From IMG/VR virus record IMGVR_UViG_2660237931_000002, positions 1 to 64,000 of that record: a stretch of DNA of 64,000 nt. One strand, written 5' to 3'. Below the pieces are notes generated by a model. That model searched no databases. It was not told the origin of the DNA and saw only the letters and a program-made list of their open reading frames with translations. Position numbers and translations under genes: made by a program. Source of the stretch: an uncultured virus (IMG/VR IMGVR_UViG_2660237931_000002) (taxonomy: Duplodnaviria > Heunggongvirae > Uroviricota > Caudoviricetes). Below, piece after piece: positions 18,437 through 28,500 of this stretch (position 1 is the stretch's first letter; each line of letters opens with the position of its first letter).

Positions 18437-19564
18437 TCATAAGGCCACAGTTGTCCACCCCTTCCCTCGATCATCATGGTACCTATCCGTTTGTTGTTGA
18501 GTTTTATGTCCAAGTAAATCTTTCGTGTTTATACCCTGGGCTTTATATAACCGCTCGGAAAGCGATCTTTGTTCATGGAAAGTTGCCGGTGTACCTTGTC
18601 CCCAGTCAATATCTGCACTGTCTCTTGCCTTGCTGAAATTCATGGTCAGTGTTCTGGGTTTCACCTGTGCTCCTCGCTCAGCCTGTGAGGTGGTTCTAAA
18701 GAAATGAACCAAATAAGGGCTTACTGCATAATCCCGGCAACGACTGATTACATCTCGGAGGCTCCAGTTGATTGCGTTGCAACGCAGAGCTAATGGTATA
18801 GCGATTTTGCTTCCGGTTTTCTCTTGCTCAACGTGTAGATGATCGTCCCAGATGTCTGAGAATTTCATACGGGATATATCACCTAGTCGCTGTCCTGTTA
18901 CTATGGCTAAAAGCATGGCGTTCCCCATGTATTTGTGATTTTCATCGGCTATATCAAAAATCTTTTGCCATTCCTCAAGAGTGAGGCGCTGGCGAGTGAT
19001 CTTTCTACGAGGTTGTTTAGTTGCTAGTGCAGGGTTATAACCAGGAGGTACTTCTCCCGCATGCTGAGCTTCTTTAAAAACATCTATTAGGACAGAGCGG
19101 ATGACCTGAGCCATTCTGGGTTGTCCCTCCGCTAAATATTCATCAAGAATTTGCGCAACATCTCGAACATTGACAGCGGATATTAATTTCATTCCTACCC
19201 GCTCCTTAAGCAGAGATACTGGTTTTGCTTTTTGTTTGATAGTGTTTTCTTTAATATCTCCGGACTTTAATCTTTCCTGCTGAATCTTCCAGTAACGTTC
19301 AAGCCAAGTGTTAGTTGATATTGATTTTCCTGAGCTGGCGGAAATTCTGTCAGTGATTGCCATTATCTGGCGGGTTTGTTGTTCCGCCAGTCTTTTATTT
19401 GCTTCAATAGCTATTGCCGTGGCCTCTGCTTCATCTGTTCCTAGACTATGAAACTTACCAGTTATCGGGTGCTTATAGCGCCAGTATACTTTATTAACCT
19501 TTCTACTGAAGAGCGGGTATAAATTTGGAATAGATATATTATTTTTACGTGGTCTGGCAGCCAT
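18437..19564 (-). CDS. int: Lambda/phage 21-type tyrosine integrase
   Basis: Arm-binding N-term, TGQRLGDI, FHEQRSL, LLGH, Tyr in TDRYHD. Confidence 0.95.
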   Translation of the reverse strand: MAARPRKNNISIPNLYPLFSRKVNKVYWRYKHPITGKFHSLGTDEAEATAIAIEANKRLAEQQTRQIMAITDRISASSGKSISTNTWLERYWKIQQERLKSGDIKENTIKQKAKPVSLLKERVGMKLISAVNVRDVAQILDEYLAEGQPRMAQVIRSVLIDVFKEAQHAGEVPPGYNPALATKQPRRKITRQRLTLEEWQKIFDIADENHKYMGNAMLLAIVTGQRLGDISRMKFSDIWDDHLHVEQEKTGSKIAIPLALRCNAINWSLRDVISRCRDYAVSPYLVHFFRTTSQAERGAQVKPRTLTMNFSKARDSADIDWGQGTPATFHEQRSLSERLYKAQGINTKDLLGHKTQQQTDRYHDDRGKGWTTVAL

Positions 19565-19790
19565 CGTTCAAAATCCTCTGCAAAAGAACAGGGTCGCTTT
19601 TCTTTACTACAGGAGTGGTCAATGTACCGACCAACTCAGCATCCTCCCTGACGCGCCAGAATCGACCTTCTTTTTTGGCTGGGGGAGAAAACATATTCTG
19701 TTTAGCATAATTCCTGAGAGTGGAAACACTTGGAGGATTGCTTCTGTATTTCTCGTTTGCCCACTCTTCAAGGGTTAACATCTGGAGCAT
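19545..19790 (-). CDS. xis: Excisionase
   Basis: LTLEEWA...PS..TLR..PP..K.GR.WRV; overlaps int start. Confidence 0.88.
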   Translation of the reverse strand: MLQMLTLEEWANEKYRSNPPSVSTLRNYAKQNMFSPPAKKEGRFWRVREDAELVGTLTTPVVKKSDPVLLQRILNDGCQTT

Positions 19791-19842
19791 ATGTTTTACC
19801 TCATTATGGCCCATTGCTGGGCCAGTATCTGAAAATAAAAAA

Positions 19843-20206
19843 TCAGTCTTGCATCAATTTTTGCAGCACCTGATTGCCGGTAATTATTCGCTGCCAGATC
19901 GCTGATACATAGCGGGCCTGATGAATAGCATCAGCGAGGGCATTGTGACGAGACCCTTCAAACGGGATCGTTGTTTTGGGGTCGAAGCTAATGACCTGGC
20001 CGAGCTCTAACATTGTTCGTACGTCCCGATCGTTCCAGTATTCCCACGGATAATCTTCAGCAATGCAATCGTAAGAAGAACGCAGAATAGAGTTATCGAA
20101 TTTTGCGCTCGGCGCGAGAATCGGATTTAGCAGAGAACCAGCAGAAGAGACTTTTCGCTTCGTTTGCTTTTGCCTTAGCTTTAATGAGATACGGGTAGTT
20201 GTTCAT
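19843..20206 (-). pseudogene. Internally deleted RecE/exonuclease VIII-like gene
   Basis: N-term MNNYPYLIKAKAK..FCWFSAKS joined out of frame near 20100 to 3'-5' exonuclease end FDNSILR..RDVRT..RHNALADAIHQA. Confidence 0.75.
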
Positions 20207-20347
20207 TGCGTTTGGGCTCCTTTGGATTGTAAGATACCCGGCAGCTGATGGCAGCCGCCCTGGTGGTGGTCATTGGTCAAAACTCGATTCCGGAAAGCTT
20301 TGGTCGGCTGACCGGGTACTTAACCCGCCTTGTGCGGGTTTTGTGCT

Positions 20348-20692
20348 TTATGGGGCTGGCGAATCGCCCCGCAGCAGCTGCGATACGCGAACGTCGTCAA
20401 GCGCTCGCAGGATAGGCTCAAAAGTTTTATGGGCTGGCAGTTTAGATACCGCAGTGATCACTTCTGTAACGGTGATGTCATCACCGCGGGGGCTATAACC
20501 ACCACCTGGGCCACGCTGTGAAATTACCAGGTTACCCGCCCGCAGCTTTTTGAAGATCTGCTCAAGGTATGAAGTAGACAGCTTTGACTCTTTACTGATG
20601 GCCGTCAGTGAAACAGGCGAGCCGTCATAGAGCTTATTCAAAGTGGCGGCGGCCTGGACAGATGCCAGAACGCGTTTCATTCCAAATTCCAT
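20348..20692 (-). CDS. Rrf2-family transcription regulator
   Basis: LSTSYLEQIFKKLRAGNLVISQRGPGGGY. Confidence 0.9.
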   Translation of the reverse strand: MEFGMKRVLASVQAAATLNKLYDGSPVSLTAISKESKLSTSYLEQIFKKLRAGNLVISQRGPGGGYSPRGDDITVTEVITAVSKLPAHKTFEPILRALDDVRVSQLLRGDSPAP

Positions 20693-20734
20693 AATCACTT
20701 CTCCGGCCGTAATGGCCATTGGTCAAAACTCGAT

Positions 20735-20929
20735 TCAAAAACTCACTGCAGGCTGTTGGTCGTCAGCCATTTTTTGTGCATTTCGGTAGGGGAGGCACTG
20801 GCCCTGTACTTTTTGTTCATCGGCGTTGCTGTTGCAACTGGCCTCTGATGGATAAACACCGATCAGAACATCAGAGCATTCACCAGTGAGAGCACATACG
20901 CTGATGACAAGGGCAAACAGGGTATTCAT
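20735..20929 (-). CDS. DUF1482 (YebW/YdfD-like) protein
   Basis: LFALVISVC...C....GVY.SE..C pattern. Confidence 0.75.
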   Translation of the reverse strand: MNTLFALVISVCALTGECSDVLIGVYPSEASCNSNADEQKVQGQCLPYRNAQKMADDQQPAVSF

Positions 20930-21048
20930 GCCTCAGCCTCAGGGTTTCCTTTCTGCGCCAGCAAGTAACACAGCTGGCGTAGTCTCACCTCGAACCAGTT
21001 CAGGTGGGTCGCCTGGTTGCCGGTAGGTACTCGGGCAAAATCCTTCAT
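20926..21048 (-). CDS. Small pL-operon protein (40 aa)
   Basis: MKDFARVPTGNQATHLNWFEVRLRQLCYLLAQKGNPEAEA; GGAG RBS; ATGA overlap with next gene. Confidence 0.6.
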   Translation of the reverse strand: MKDFARVPTGNQATHLNWFEVRLRQLCYLLAQKGNPEAEA

Positions 21049-21318
21049 AGTTATCTCCAGTTAACTCAGTATTAGCATGTGGTTTTGCAATGCGGCGCCG
21101 GGTGCCTCCCGGTGACGGCAGCCAGTTAACAACTACCGCCGACAACTTTTTCCCCACAACATGTGAATAACCGCCATGTTTATTTTTTAACTGTGCCGCG
21201 TGCGCATAGCCGCATTCACCGCATTGCAAAACCTACTAGTCGTGATGCCTGTCTTTTCACCACTTCAGGCTCGGTGGTATTCTTGGCGCTCTCACACAGC
21301 CAAATAAAAGAGAGCAAA

Positions 21319-21633
21319 ATGTCTCGTAGCCCTATACCTGTCTTCTGGTACGAAAATCCCGCTCACTATGAAGGATTCCAAAAAATCCTTTCAGATGCTT
21401 ACGTCCTTCCCTTTGACTACCACGACTGGCGTATCCGCACCGATAGCATGGTGGAGCGCTACGAAAACAGCGGTATCCAGGCTGTGAAGGTGGTAGCCAG
21501 CACTTACGATTTCATCACCTGGTGCCAGGCCCATGGACGTGATATCAGTACCAAAAGCTGCAATGATTACGCGGTCTCCGAATCGGGCCTCCAAATCCTG
21601 CGCGACAGAGAGTTTGATTGGGGAGACGAGTAA
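21319..21633 (+). CDS. Hypothetical protein antisense to pL operon
   Basis: 104-aa ORF with RBS-like AGAG; protein-like composition. Confidence 0.6.
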   Translation: MSRSPIPVFWYENPAHYEGFQKILSDAYVLPFDYHDWRIRTDSMVERYENSGIQAVKVVASTYDFITWCQAHGRDISTKSCNDYAVSESGLQILRDREFDWGDE

Positions 21634-21832
21634 AAAGTAAATTTTCCCTATCTTGGATATATCTATTCTCATAGTGATGTCCTATCTCATGCCTGTAACG
21701 CCGGCCGGCGGAACGTTTAAACCTGCTGCGAATTCTTCTTGTCGTCATCTCATCCGGTGTTTCGTATGCCGCCGGCAGCTACTTCGTGGGCTTCCTGCCT
21801 CGATGACCCATACTGCTTTGTGTGTTTTGAAG

Positions 21833-21872
21833 TTTCACATGTCGTGAAATTGTTGTCAATACAAAATGTGAA
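21833..21872 (-). promoter_or_regulatory. OL/pL operator-promoter
   Basis: TTTCAC-ATGTC-GTGAAA palindrome plus minus-strand TTGACA; near mirror image of OR. Confidence 0.7.
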
Positions 21873-21962
21873 ATCAAAATTACTCATTTTGTGTAATTTA
21901 TTGGTAAGTGTACAAAAAAACCGGCTCAAGGCCGGTTATGCAATGCTTATTTTTTGATTGAG

Positions 21963-22346
21963 TTAGGTGGGGTTGTATCTTCCGCGTAGGTATTTTTCTA
22001 CATACTCATCAATTTCTTTAAGTCTAAGCTCAAAGGTATCGATCATGCGTTCCTGTTCAGCTTCAGGCAATTGATTGAATAGGGAAAGAACCCTTTTTTG
22101 TTTGTCTGTTAACCAGTTCGATGGATCACTTTGTTCGCCAAATAAAATCATAACGGGCGTGGTGCCTAATGCTTTCGCTAAGGACAATGCATCATCTACA
22201 CCAACGTTTCGATTGCCATATTCATAATTGGCGACACGCGACGCCCCAGACCAGCCACATAATTTCGCAAGCTGCCCTTGGCTCATTCCTTTCTCAGTTC
22301 TTAGCGCCTTGATGCGCTCACCGATTTCTTCAGCAAGTGTCTTCAT
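21963..22346 (-). CDS. CI-like HTH repressor (no peptidase domain)
   Basis: IGERIKALR...MSQ.QLA..GW..SRVANYE.G.R; divergent from cro. Confidence 0.9.
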   Translation of the reverse strand: MKTLAEEIGERIKALRTEKGMSQGQLAKLCGWSGASRVANYEYGNRNVGVDDALSLAKALGTTPVMILFGEQSDPSNWLTDKQKRVLSLFNQLPEAEQERMIDTFELRLKEIDEYVEKYLRGRYNPT

Positions 22347-22358
22347 ACCCTCACTTTA

Positions 22359-22420
22359 TCACGAAGAGTGAATATTGGGGATTCACGTTTTGTATTGACA
22401 GATATTTCACGATGTGTGAA
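22359..22420 (+). promoter_or_regulatory. OR/pR operator-promoter
   Basis: TCAC-N5-GTGA at 22359 and 22407, half site at 22383, TTGACA at 22395. Confidence 0.75.
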
Positions 22421-22447
22421 CATTGTTTTACACAACAGGAGAACTGT

Positions 22448-22672
22448 ATGAACTACATTTCGCATTTACGGAAAAAAGCCAACATTTCGCAGCAAGCCTT
22501 GGCTAAAGCGGCTGGTTGGAACCAACCTCGGTTAGCCAACTATGAAAAATCCTTACGCGTTCCAAGCCTAGCTGATTCTCGTCATATCGTGGCCGCACTT
22601 AATACGTTAGGGGTTAGTTGTTCGCTTGATGATGTATTTCCTCCAGAACCCTCAAATCCTAGGGAGAAATAA
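22448..22672 (+). CDS. Cro-like HTH
   Basis: ISQQALAKAAGWNQPRLANYE..R.P. Confidence 0.88.
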   Translation: MNYISHLRKKANISQQALAKAAGWNQPRLANYEKSLRVPSLADSRHIVAALNTLGVSCSLDDVFPPEPSNPREK

Positions 22673-22674
22673 AA

Positions 22675-23229
22675 ATGCAAACCATCTCTTTTGAAAATTA
22701 TACCCAAGACATGGCGGTGCAACTGAAAACCAAAAATCACTATTCGCTGATGCGCCGCGATCGCCAGAAGTGTAGGGCTATTTTTGCCGCTGTTCAGGAA
22801 TGGGAATCTTCATTACCTGGTCGCGCGCAGGAGCTCGTCGCAAAGCTGGTGGCCGAACAGTGGGAGAAACAAAACGGTCGCGGCATCAGCGTTAATAAAC
22901 AAAATCTGTACCGCTACCTGAAAAACGAATCTGGATCAGAGAAGTACGCCAGTTACGTCATGCAGCTTTCAGGAGCGATCGCTGATGCAATGCCTATTGA
23001 GATTGCGCGCAAACACGGATTGAAACGTGGGTTGACTGAAAGCGAGCTGGTGGCTCAAGCAATTAAAGAGTGTAGCGAAGCGCACCAGGCAAAATTGCTT
23101 GGCGCTCCGTTACAAAAGTTAGAGCGTGAAATTCGGGAGGCAGCAATTGCACTTTTTAACATGCTACCTGCAGATGCGGCGGGACCACTACTGGCGAGCA
23201 TAAGCGCCGTAGCGCCACAGTTTTTTTAA
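22675..23229 (+). CDS. CII-position protein (YdaT/YmfL-like)
   Basis: AAVQEWE..LPG.AQE.VA..V, AIKECSEAHQAKLL. Confidence 0.75.
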   Translation: MQTISFENYTQDMAVQLKTKNHYSLMRRDRQKCRAIFAAVQEWESSLPGRAQELVAKLVAEQWEKQNGRGISVNKQNLYRYLKNESGSEKYASYVMQLSGAIADAMPIEIARKHGLKRGLTESELVAQAIKECSEAHQAKLLGAPLQKLEREIREAAIALFNMLPADAAGPLLASISAVAPQFF

Positions 23230-23273
23230 TCGAGTTTTGACAATGAGTACCGTACAGAAAATAGGGGGGCTTC

Positions 23274-24293
23274 ATGAGCATTGATGCAATGCGATGGGCC
23301 AAAAAAGTCAAGACAGGGAAGTCCTCTGCAAAAGCTGTTCTGACCTGGATGGCCGACATGTGCGGAGCTGATCTCTGTGCTTTTCCATCCATTCCTGCGC
23401 TGGCTGAAGCAACTGAGCTGGATAAGAAAACGGTCCAGTCGAGCCTGCAGTATCTGGTTTCGATCGGGCTTATTGAAGATACAGGTGAACGGCGTGGAAA
23501 GACTAAACAAATCCCGGTTTACAGGCTTCTTGGTGTGGAAGAAAGCGTTGCCGAAATTGAACACACCCAAAAACGGGAACATTACCAAAAACGGGATCGT
23601 TTAAACACACCCGAAAACGGGGTTGTTACAGCAGAAAAGGCACCCGAAAAAGGGACTGTTTCCTGTACACAAAAAAAACAAACGATCCCGTTTTTTCCGT
23701 CAAACGATCCCAAAAACGGGATCCGGAATCTACCAGAGGAACCAAAAGATATAACCCCCACACATAGGGTTTTGGTCGGACCAGTTGTGCCTGACTATCC
23801 GAATCAACCGGGAATAGTTCCTGGTGAAACACAAGCATTCGGAAAATTTGCGATGTATTTCGGATGGAAACCTTCCGAGGATTTTCCCCGACTGGCAACG
23901 ATTTGGGGAATGCCATTAAGACCGGGGATAAATCTTGCGGCCGAGTTGAGCAGTTTCATCGCGTACTGGCAGGCTGAAGGCAGGGCGTTTCACCAGGTCC
24001 AGTGGGAGCAAAAACTAGCAAGACATCTTAACCGTGCGGAAGTCCGCCAGAAAAAACCAGTGAATGGGGTTAACGATCATGTGGGAGTACGAGCAGAGCC
24101 AGCAGCATCCAGAGCTGTTCAACAGATTCGAGCCGCCCGAGAGCAACGGTTGCGAGTTGCAGGCACAGACGGCCGTAGAAACGGCGTGGCGCTTATGGGA
24201 AGTGATGGGCGAAATCTTTTCGAACCGATGGATCCTGAAGAACGGAGAGGAACCATCAGAACTCTGGATCGCTCAGATTGGGTCGATGAGTGA
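23274..24293 (+). CDS. Replication initiator (O-like; N-terminal wHTH, DnaT-like domain)
   Basis: AKAVL..MAD..FPSI..LA..TEL; EL..FIAYW..QWEQKLA. Confidence 0.88.
   Translation: MSIDAMRWAKKVKTGKSSAKAVLTWMADMCGADLCAFPSIPALAEATELDKKTVQSSLQYLVSIGLIEDTGERRGKTKQIPVYRLLGVEESVAEIEHTQKREHYQKRDRLNTPENGVVTAEKAPEKGTVSCTQKKQTIPFFPSNDPKNGIRNLPEEPKDITPTHRVLVGPVVPDYPNQPGIVPGETQAFGKFAMYFGWKPSEDFPRLATIWGMPLRPGINLAAELSSFIAYWQAEGRAFHQVQWEQKLARHLNRAEVRQKKPVNGVNDHVGVRAEPAASRAVQQIRAAREQRLRVAGTDGRRNGVALMGSDGRNLFEPMDPEERRGTIRTLDRSDWVDE
23566..23720. repeat. Phage ori iterons inside O
   Basis: Several CC(A/G)AAAA(C/A)GGG-type copies, one inverted. Confidence 0.7.
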
Positions 24294-24750
24294 AGCCCAG
24301 ATTACGCTGGTTTGCCGGCAGTGCATGGAGCGTTGCGCCGCAGGCAGCACATGGCCGCCGGATCTTGCTGAGTTCGTTGCGCTGGTGTCTGCCAGCGGTG
24401 CTAATCCATTCAATCTGACATCCGATGCAGTGATGGCGGAGTACAAACGCTGGAGAAACGAGTCTTACCGATATTCGGGAAGCGACAAATACCCATGGAA
24501 ACAGGATGTTCTGTATCACATTTGCATTGAGATGCGCAGAACTGGAGTTGAGAGGAACCTGACGGAGGGAGAGCTGAAAAAACTGGCAGAAAACTTACTC
24601 ACGAAATGGACCAAACACCTGGCTAACGGGTTTTCGATTCCCCCGATTCGTCGGCAGTTGGCAGCACCGAGGCATCCAGCAGGGCCGACGCCAGCGCAGG
24701 TTCTGATGGAAGAGTACAAACGCCGCAAGGCGGCAGGTTTAACCAAGTAA
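24205..24750 (+). CDS. Replication protein P-like
   Basis: WPPDLAEF motif, RW..KNG..PS..W; start uncertain, overlaps O. Confidence 0.75.
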   Translation: MGEIFSNRWILKNGEEPSELWIAQIGSMSEAQITLVCRQCMERCAAGSTWPPDLAEFVALVSASGANPFNLTSDAVMAEYKRWRNESYRYSGSDKYPWKQDVLYHICIEMRRTGVERNLTEGELKKLAENLLTKWTKHLANGFSIPPIRRQLAAPRHPAGPTPAQVLMEEYKRRKAAGLTK

Positions 24751-24763
24751 ACGAGTTTTGACC

Positions 24764-25213
24764 ATGACCAAACAATCAAAAACCAAAGTAACCAAAGCGC
24801 AGATGGTGCTTGCCATCGTTAGCCGGACGCCAGAATGCGTCCTGCAGGATGTCTGCGATGCACTCGACTTGCAAGCCAGTACAGCAGGTAACACGCTGCG
24901 GCAGCTACATGCCGCGGGAAAACTCCATCGTACTCATAACGGCTGCCAGTATGTCTATCGAGTGGTTTCAGGCATTGAGGTTCCAGATGTTGCCCTGCTG
25001 CAGGCTGCAACACAATTATCTGAAGAGGATGTAAAAAAAGTCCAGGGCGCGTTGTCTCTGGCTAAGGCGCTGGAAGACAAAAAGCTGTGGCGCCGGGGTT
25101 CGACTGTTTACACATCGATGCTTGGTATGACTACAACAGCAAACGAACTATGGTTGCTTGCCAAAATGCATAACCGCTGCCTGCGCATGCGGCGAGGTGC
25201 TGATTATGCCTAA
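24764..25213 (+). CDS. wHTH + PerC-like protein
   Basis: N-terminal HTH; A.ALEDK.LWRR PerC-like segment. Confidence 0.65.
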   Translation: MTKQSKTKVTKAQMVLAIVSRTPECVLQDVCDALDLQASTAGNTLRQLHAAGKLHRTHNGCQYVYRVVSGIEVPDVALLQAATQLSEEDVKKVQGALSLAKALEDKKLWRRGSTVYTSMLGMTTTANELWLLAKMHNRCLRMRRGADYA

Positions 25214-25515
25214 AATGGAATCATCAGCAGCTGGTACGGGATGTCAAAGCTAAGTTTAATTATTCCGGGGTGAGGCAAAGCTGAGATGTCAGCTGAGTGC
25301 CAAAAGCGGAAGTAACTAACAGCAGTCTGTGTGAAAATACGGGGAGCAGGTTAGTACTCCTTAATTACGCCCAACTGGTCGATGTTGGTGATGTGGAAAA
25401 CCACGAGAAGAGGTGTCAGAAATCGACTTTAATACATCCGGTCTCAAAATGGTCGATTAAGACTCTATATTTCAGACTATTAGTCTCTAAAAGTGGTTTT
25501 CCACACGGTTGACCT

Positions 25516-28500
25516 TCAAACAACATTAAGTATTGATTCAATCCTTTTTTTTGCCTGACTGGTCAGGCGCTTAATTCCAAGCGAGCGGGTCATTTCCTGT
25601 ATCTTATTGTCACCTTTAATACTCAGCGCCAGTGCGCGTAATTCCTCACTAGGGATCGCGTCAACCTGGCGAATGTCGTTATCCGTGGCAGGCAAACGAA
25701 ACGCATTCCAGTCAGCACGTTGCTCAGCGGACAGCCAGACGAAGTTTTCACCTGAGTGATCGGCTGCAAGGTGATAGTGTTGATCCACAATTTCCATTAC
25801 GCGTTCACGTATCAGTCTGCCAGCGCGAGTGAAGCCGTGTATACGTGCGATGCGGTGCACAAGCGTTGTATCCAGAACGGGTGATTCACTTGTTACCACC
25901 GCTTCAATGAGGGTTTTAAGTGTCTCATCATATTCAGCGATATAGAATTGTTCTGCATCTGTCCTGTCGTGCCATTCCTGAAGATCGTTAACGACATACT
26001 TACCGGCATGCGCTGGCTTGTTGTTATTCTGAGAAGCTGTAGATGCATACTTCAACTCAGTGCCACCATCATCTTCGCTTACTTCGGCGGGAGGCGTGAT
26101 GATAGGGTTTACTGACGTGGATATTTCTTCATCATTAGCGACAGGTGTAATTTCAGATACCAGTATGTCTTCACTGGCATCATTGGTTACGTGACCGATG
26201 ACTGGCGTAATCTGCTTTTGTTTTTCTGCTTCAGCAATCAGTGCGGCTTCCGCTGCTCTGGATTCCTCCAGCAGGCGATTTATTGCTGTATCCAGCCTGT
26301 CGAGTGCACCTTCTTTATCAATCCACCATTCAGTTGACCAGAGGCGCAGTAATTTCCAGCCCAGGCCCTGTAGGATAGCGCTGCGGACTTTATCGCGATC
26401 GCGTGCTGTTGCTGCGCTATGGTAAGTGGCACCGTCACATTCAACACCGACAAGATAGTCGCCAGGCTTATCCGGATGAACGATCCCCAAATCAATACGG
26501 AAACGGGATACGCCAATTTGCGGGACAACATGCCAGCCTTTTCTCCTCAGACCATTTGCTACTGCCTCTTCAAACGGTGAGTCATAACCGCCTACAGACC
26601 CACGTACTGCCTGAGAAAGAGCTTCAGGGCCGCGCTGGGCAAACTCAATAAAGTGTTTGAGGTCAGCAACCGCGCGGGCGCTGGTCCGATTAAGGTCGAT
26701 GAAGGAAGGATCGAACGAGCTGAAGACCATCATTTCCTGTCGCGCACGTGTGACGGCAACATTCAGCCGGCGCCAGCCTCCCTCGCGATTAAGCGGGCCA
26801 AAATTCATCGACATTGTATTTGCGCCCGGCTCAGTCGGGCCGTACCCGATGCTAATTATGATCAAATCGCGTTCATCCCCCTGAACCGTTTCGAGGTTTT
26901 TAACCACAACAGGTTCTTCCAGTTCAGACTGGAAGAAGGGTTCAATTTCAGGGTGATGCTGTCTGGCACGGTCCAGCAGATCGCTGACTAGCTTTTGCTG
27001 TTCAGTATTCAGCGTGATAATGCCTATCGATCTGCCTGATGCAACGAACTCTTTATCAGTCAGTCGCTTCACCGTTTCAGCGACGATCGCTTCTGCCTCG
27101 ACCTGATTATGACGTCCTTTCCCTTTAGAGTAGACGCCTGTAACCTTGCACCACTGGACAGCACTTTGCTTTGTTTCGGAAGCGGGGAACGTAATCAGGT
27201 TGCTGTCATAGTAGCGATGGTTGGAGAAGGTAATCAGGCTTTCATGACGGCTCCGGTAATGCCAGCTCAGGCTGTGGTTATACAGGCCGGCAGCAAGACA
27301 CTCATCCAGAATGCTTTCCATATCTTCTTCAGTATCATCGTCCGTGTCATTAGCTGCACGATTAAAGAAGCTGGTTGGCGGCATCTGGCGGGGATCACCG
27401 GCGATTACCACCTGTTTGCCACGCGCCATGGTGCCGATAGCATCCCACGGGGCAATCTGCGATGCCTCATCGAAAATCACCAGATCAAACAAGGCTTGGT
27501 CGGAGGGCAGGAACTGGGCGACTGAAAGCGGACTCATCAGCATGCAGGGGGCAAGTTTGGCCATGGCATCGCCCATTTCGGCTGCCATCTGGCGTACCGG
27601 TTTATGACGACGGGATTTCTGTAGTTCATGTTTAAGCAGTGCAAAACCACTCTGCTTGCTGACCTCATTTTTTGCAGGAATGACGCCACATAAACGAGCA
27701 CGGATATAGCGTACTGTCAGTTTGGCCAGACGATCGGTTTGAGCACGGTAAGCCTCAATATCACTCATGTGCTCAGCCGGCACAAAATTGTGCAGCAGCG
27801 GCTCTGAATCGATCATCCACGATGCAAACCAGCGGCAATAGGCAGTTTCAAAAATCTCTGCAGCGCTTATTTCTCCTGAGTTAACATGGATCAGCGCGTT
27901 GATCACTGGCTGCAGGCCATGTGAAATCGCTTCCTCACGTACACGGCTCCAGTCACTCCAGGCTTTAAGAGCAGACTGATGTTGCAGGATATTGAGTGCG
28001 CAGTCACGCAGTGCCGGGAGCGATGGTTTGTCCTCAGCTGGTTTTATCAGATTGCAGAAGCTAACCTGTGCATCATTGAAATTGGCGATTGCTGTGCGCA
28101 GTTTCCGAGTCAGGGCGGAGATAACACCCTGCGAACCGAGAAGGTCATTGGCATCAATAATCAGATTTTTTACAGCAGTGCGGATCTCGACCAACTGCTG
28201 TGGCGAAGAAGCAAAACCACCAAGCGAATTGCGGATAGATTCTGCAAGTTCCAGGGTGGTCTGCAACTGTGCAACGTTGGTATCCAGCCCAGCCCATCCC
28301 GGCAGGGATAAAGTGACAGAGTTAAGCTCGGTCAGACGTTGCAGCAATGTCTGCAGAGTTTCAGCAATGGGGAGATCAACGGATAAGTCGGGAGCTGACG
28401 TTAGCGAGTATTGTCGGATAACTTCACCAATGACTTTCTTGCGGGCACTGGTCGCAAAGAACCAGAATTTTTTGTCAGCGACGTCAAGTGCGTTTCTGAT

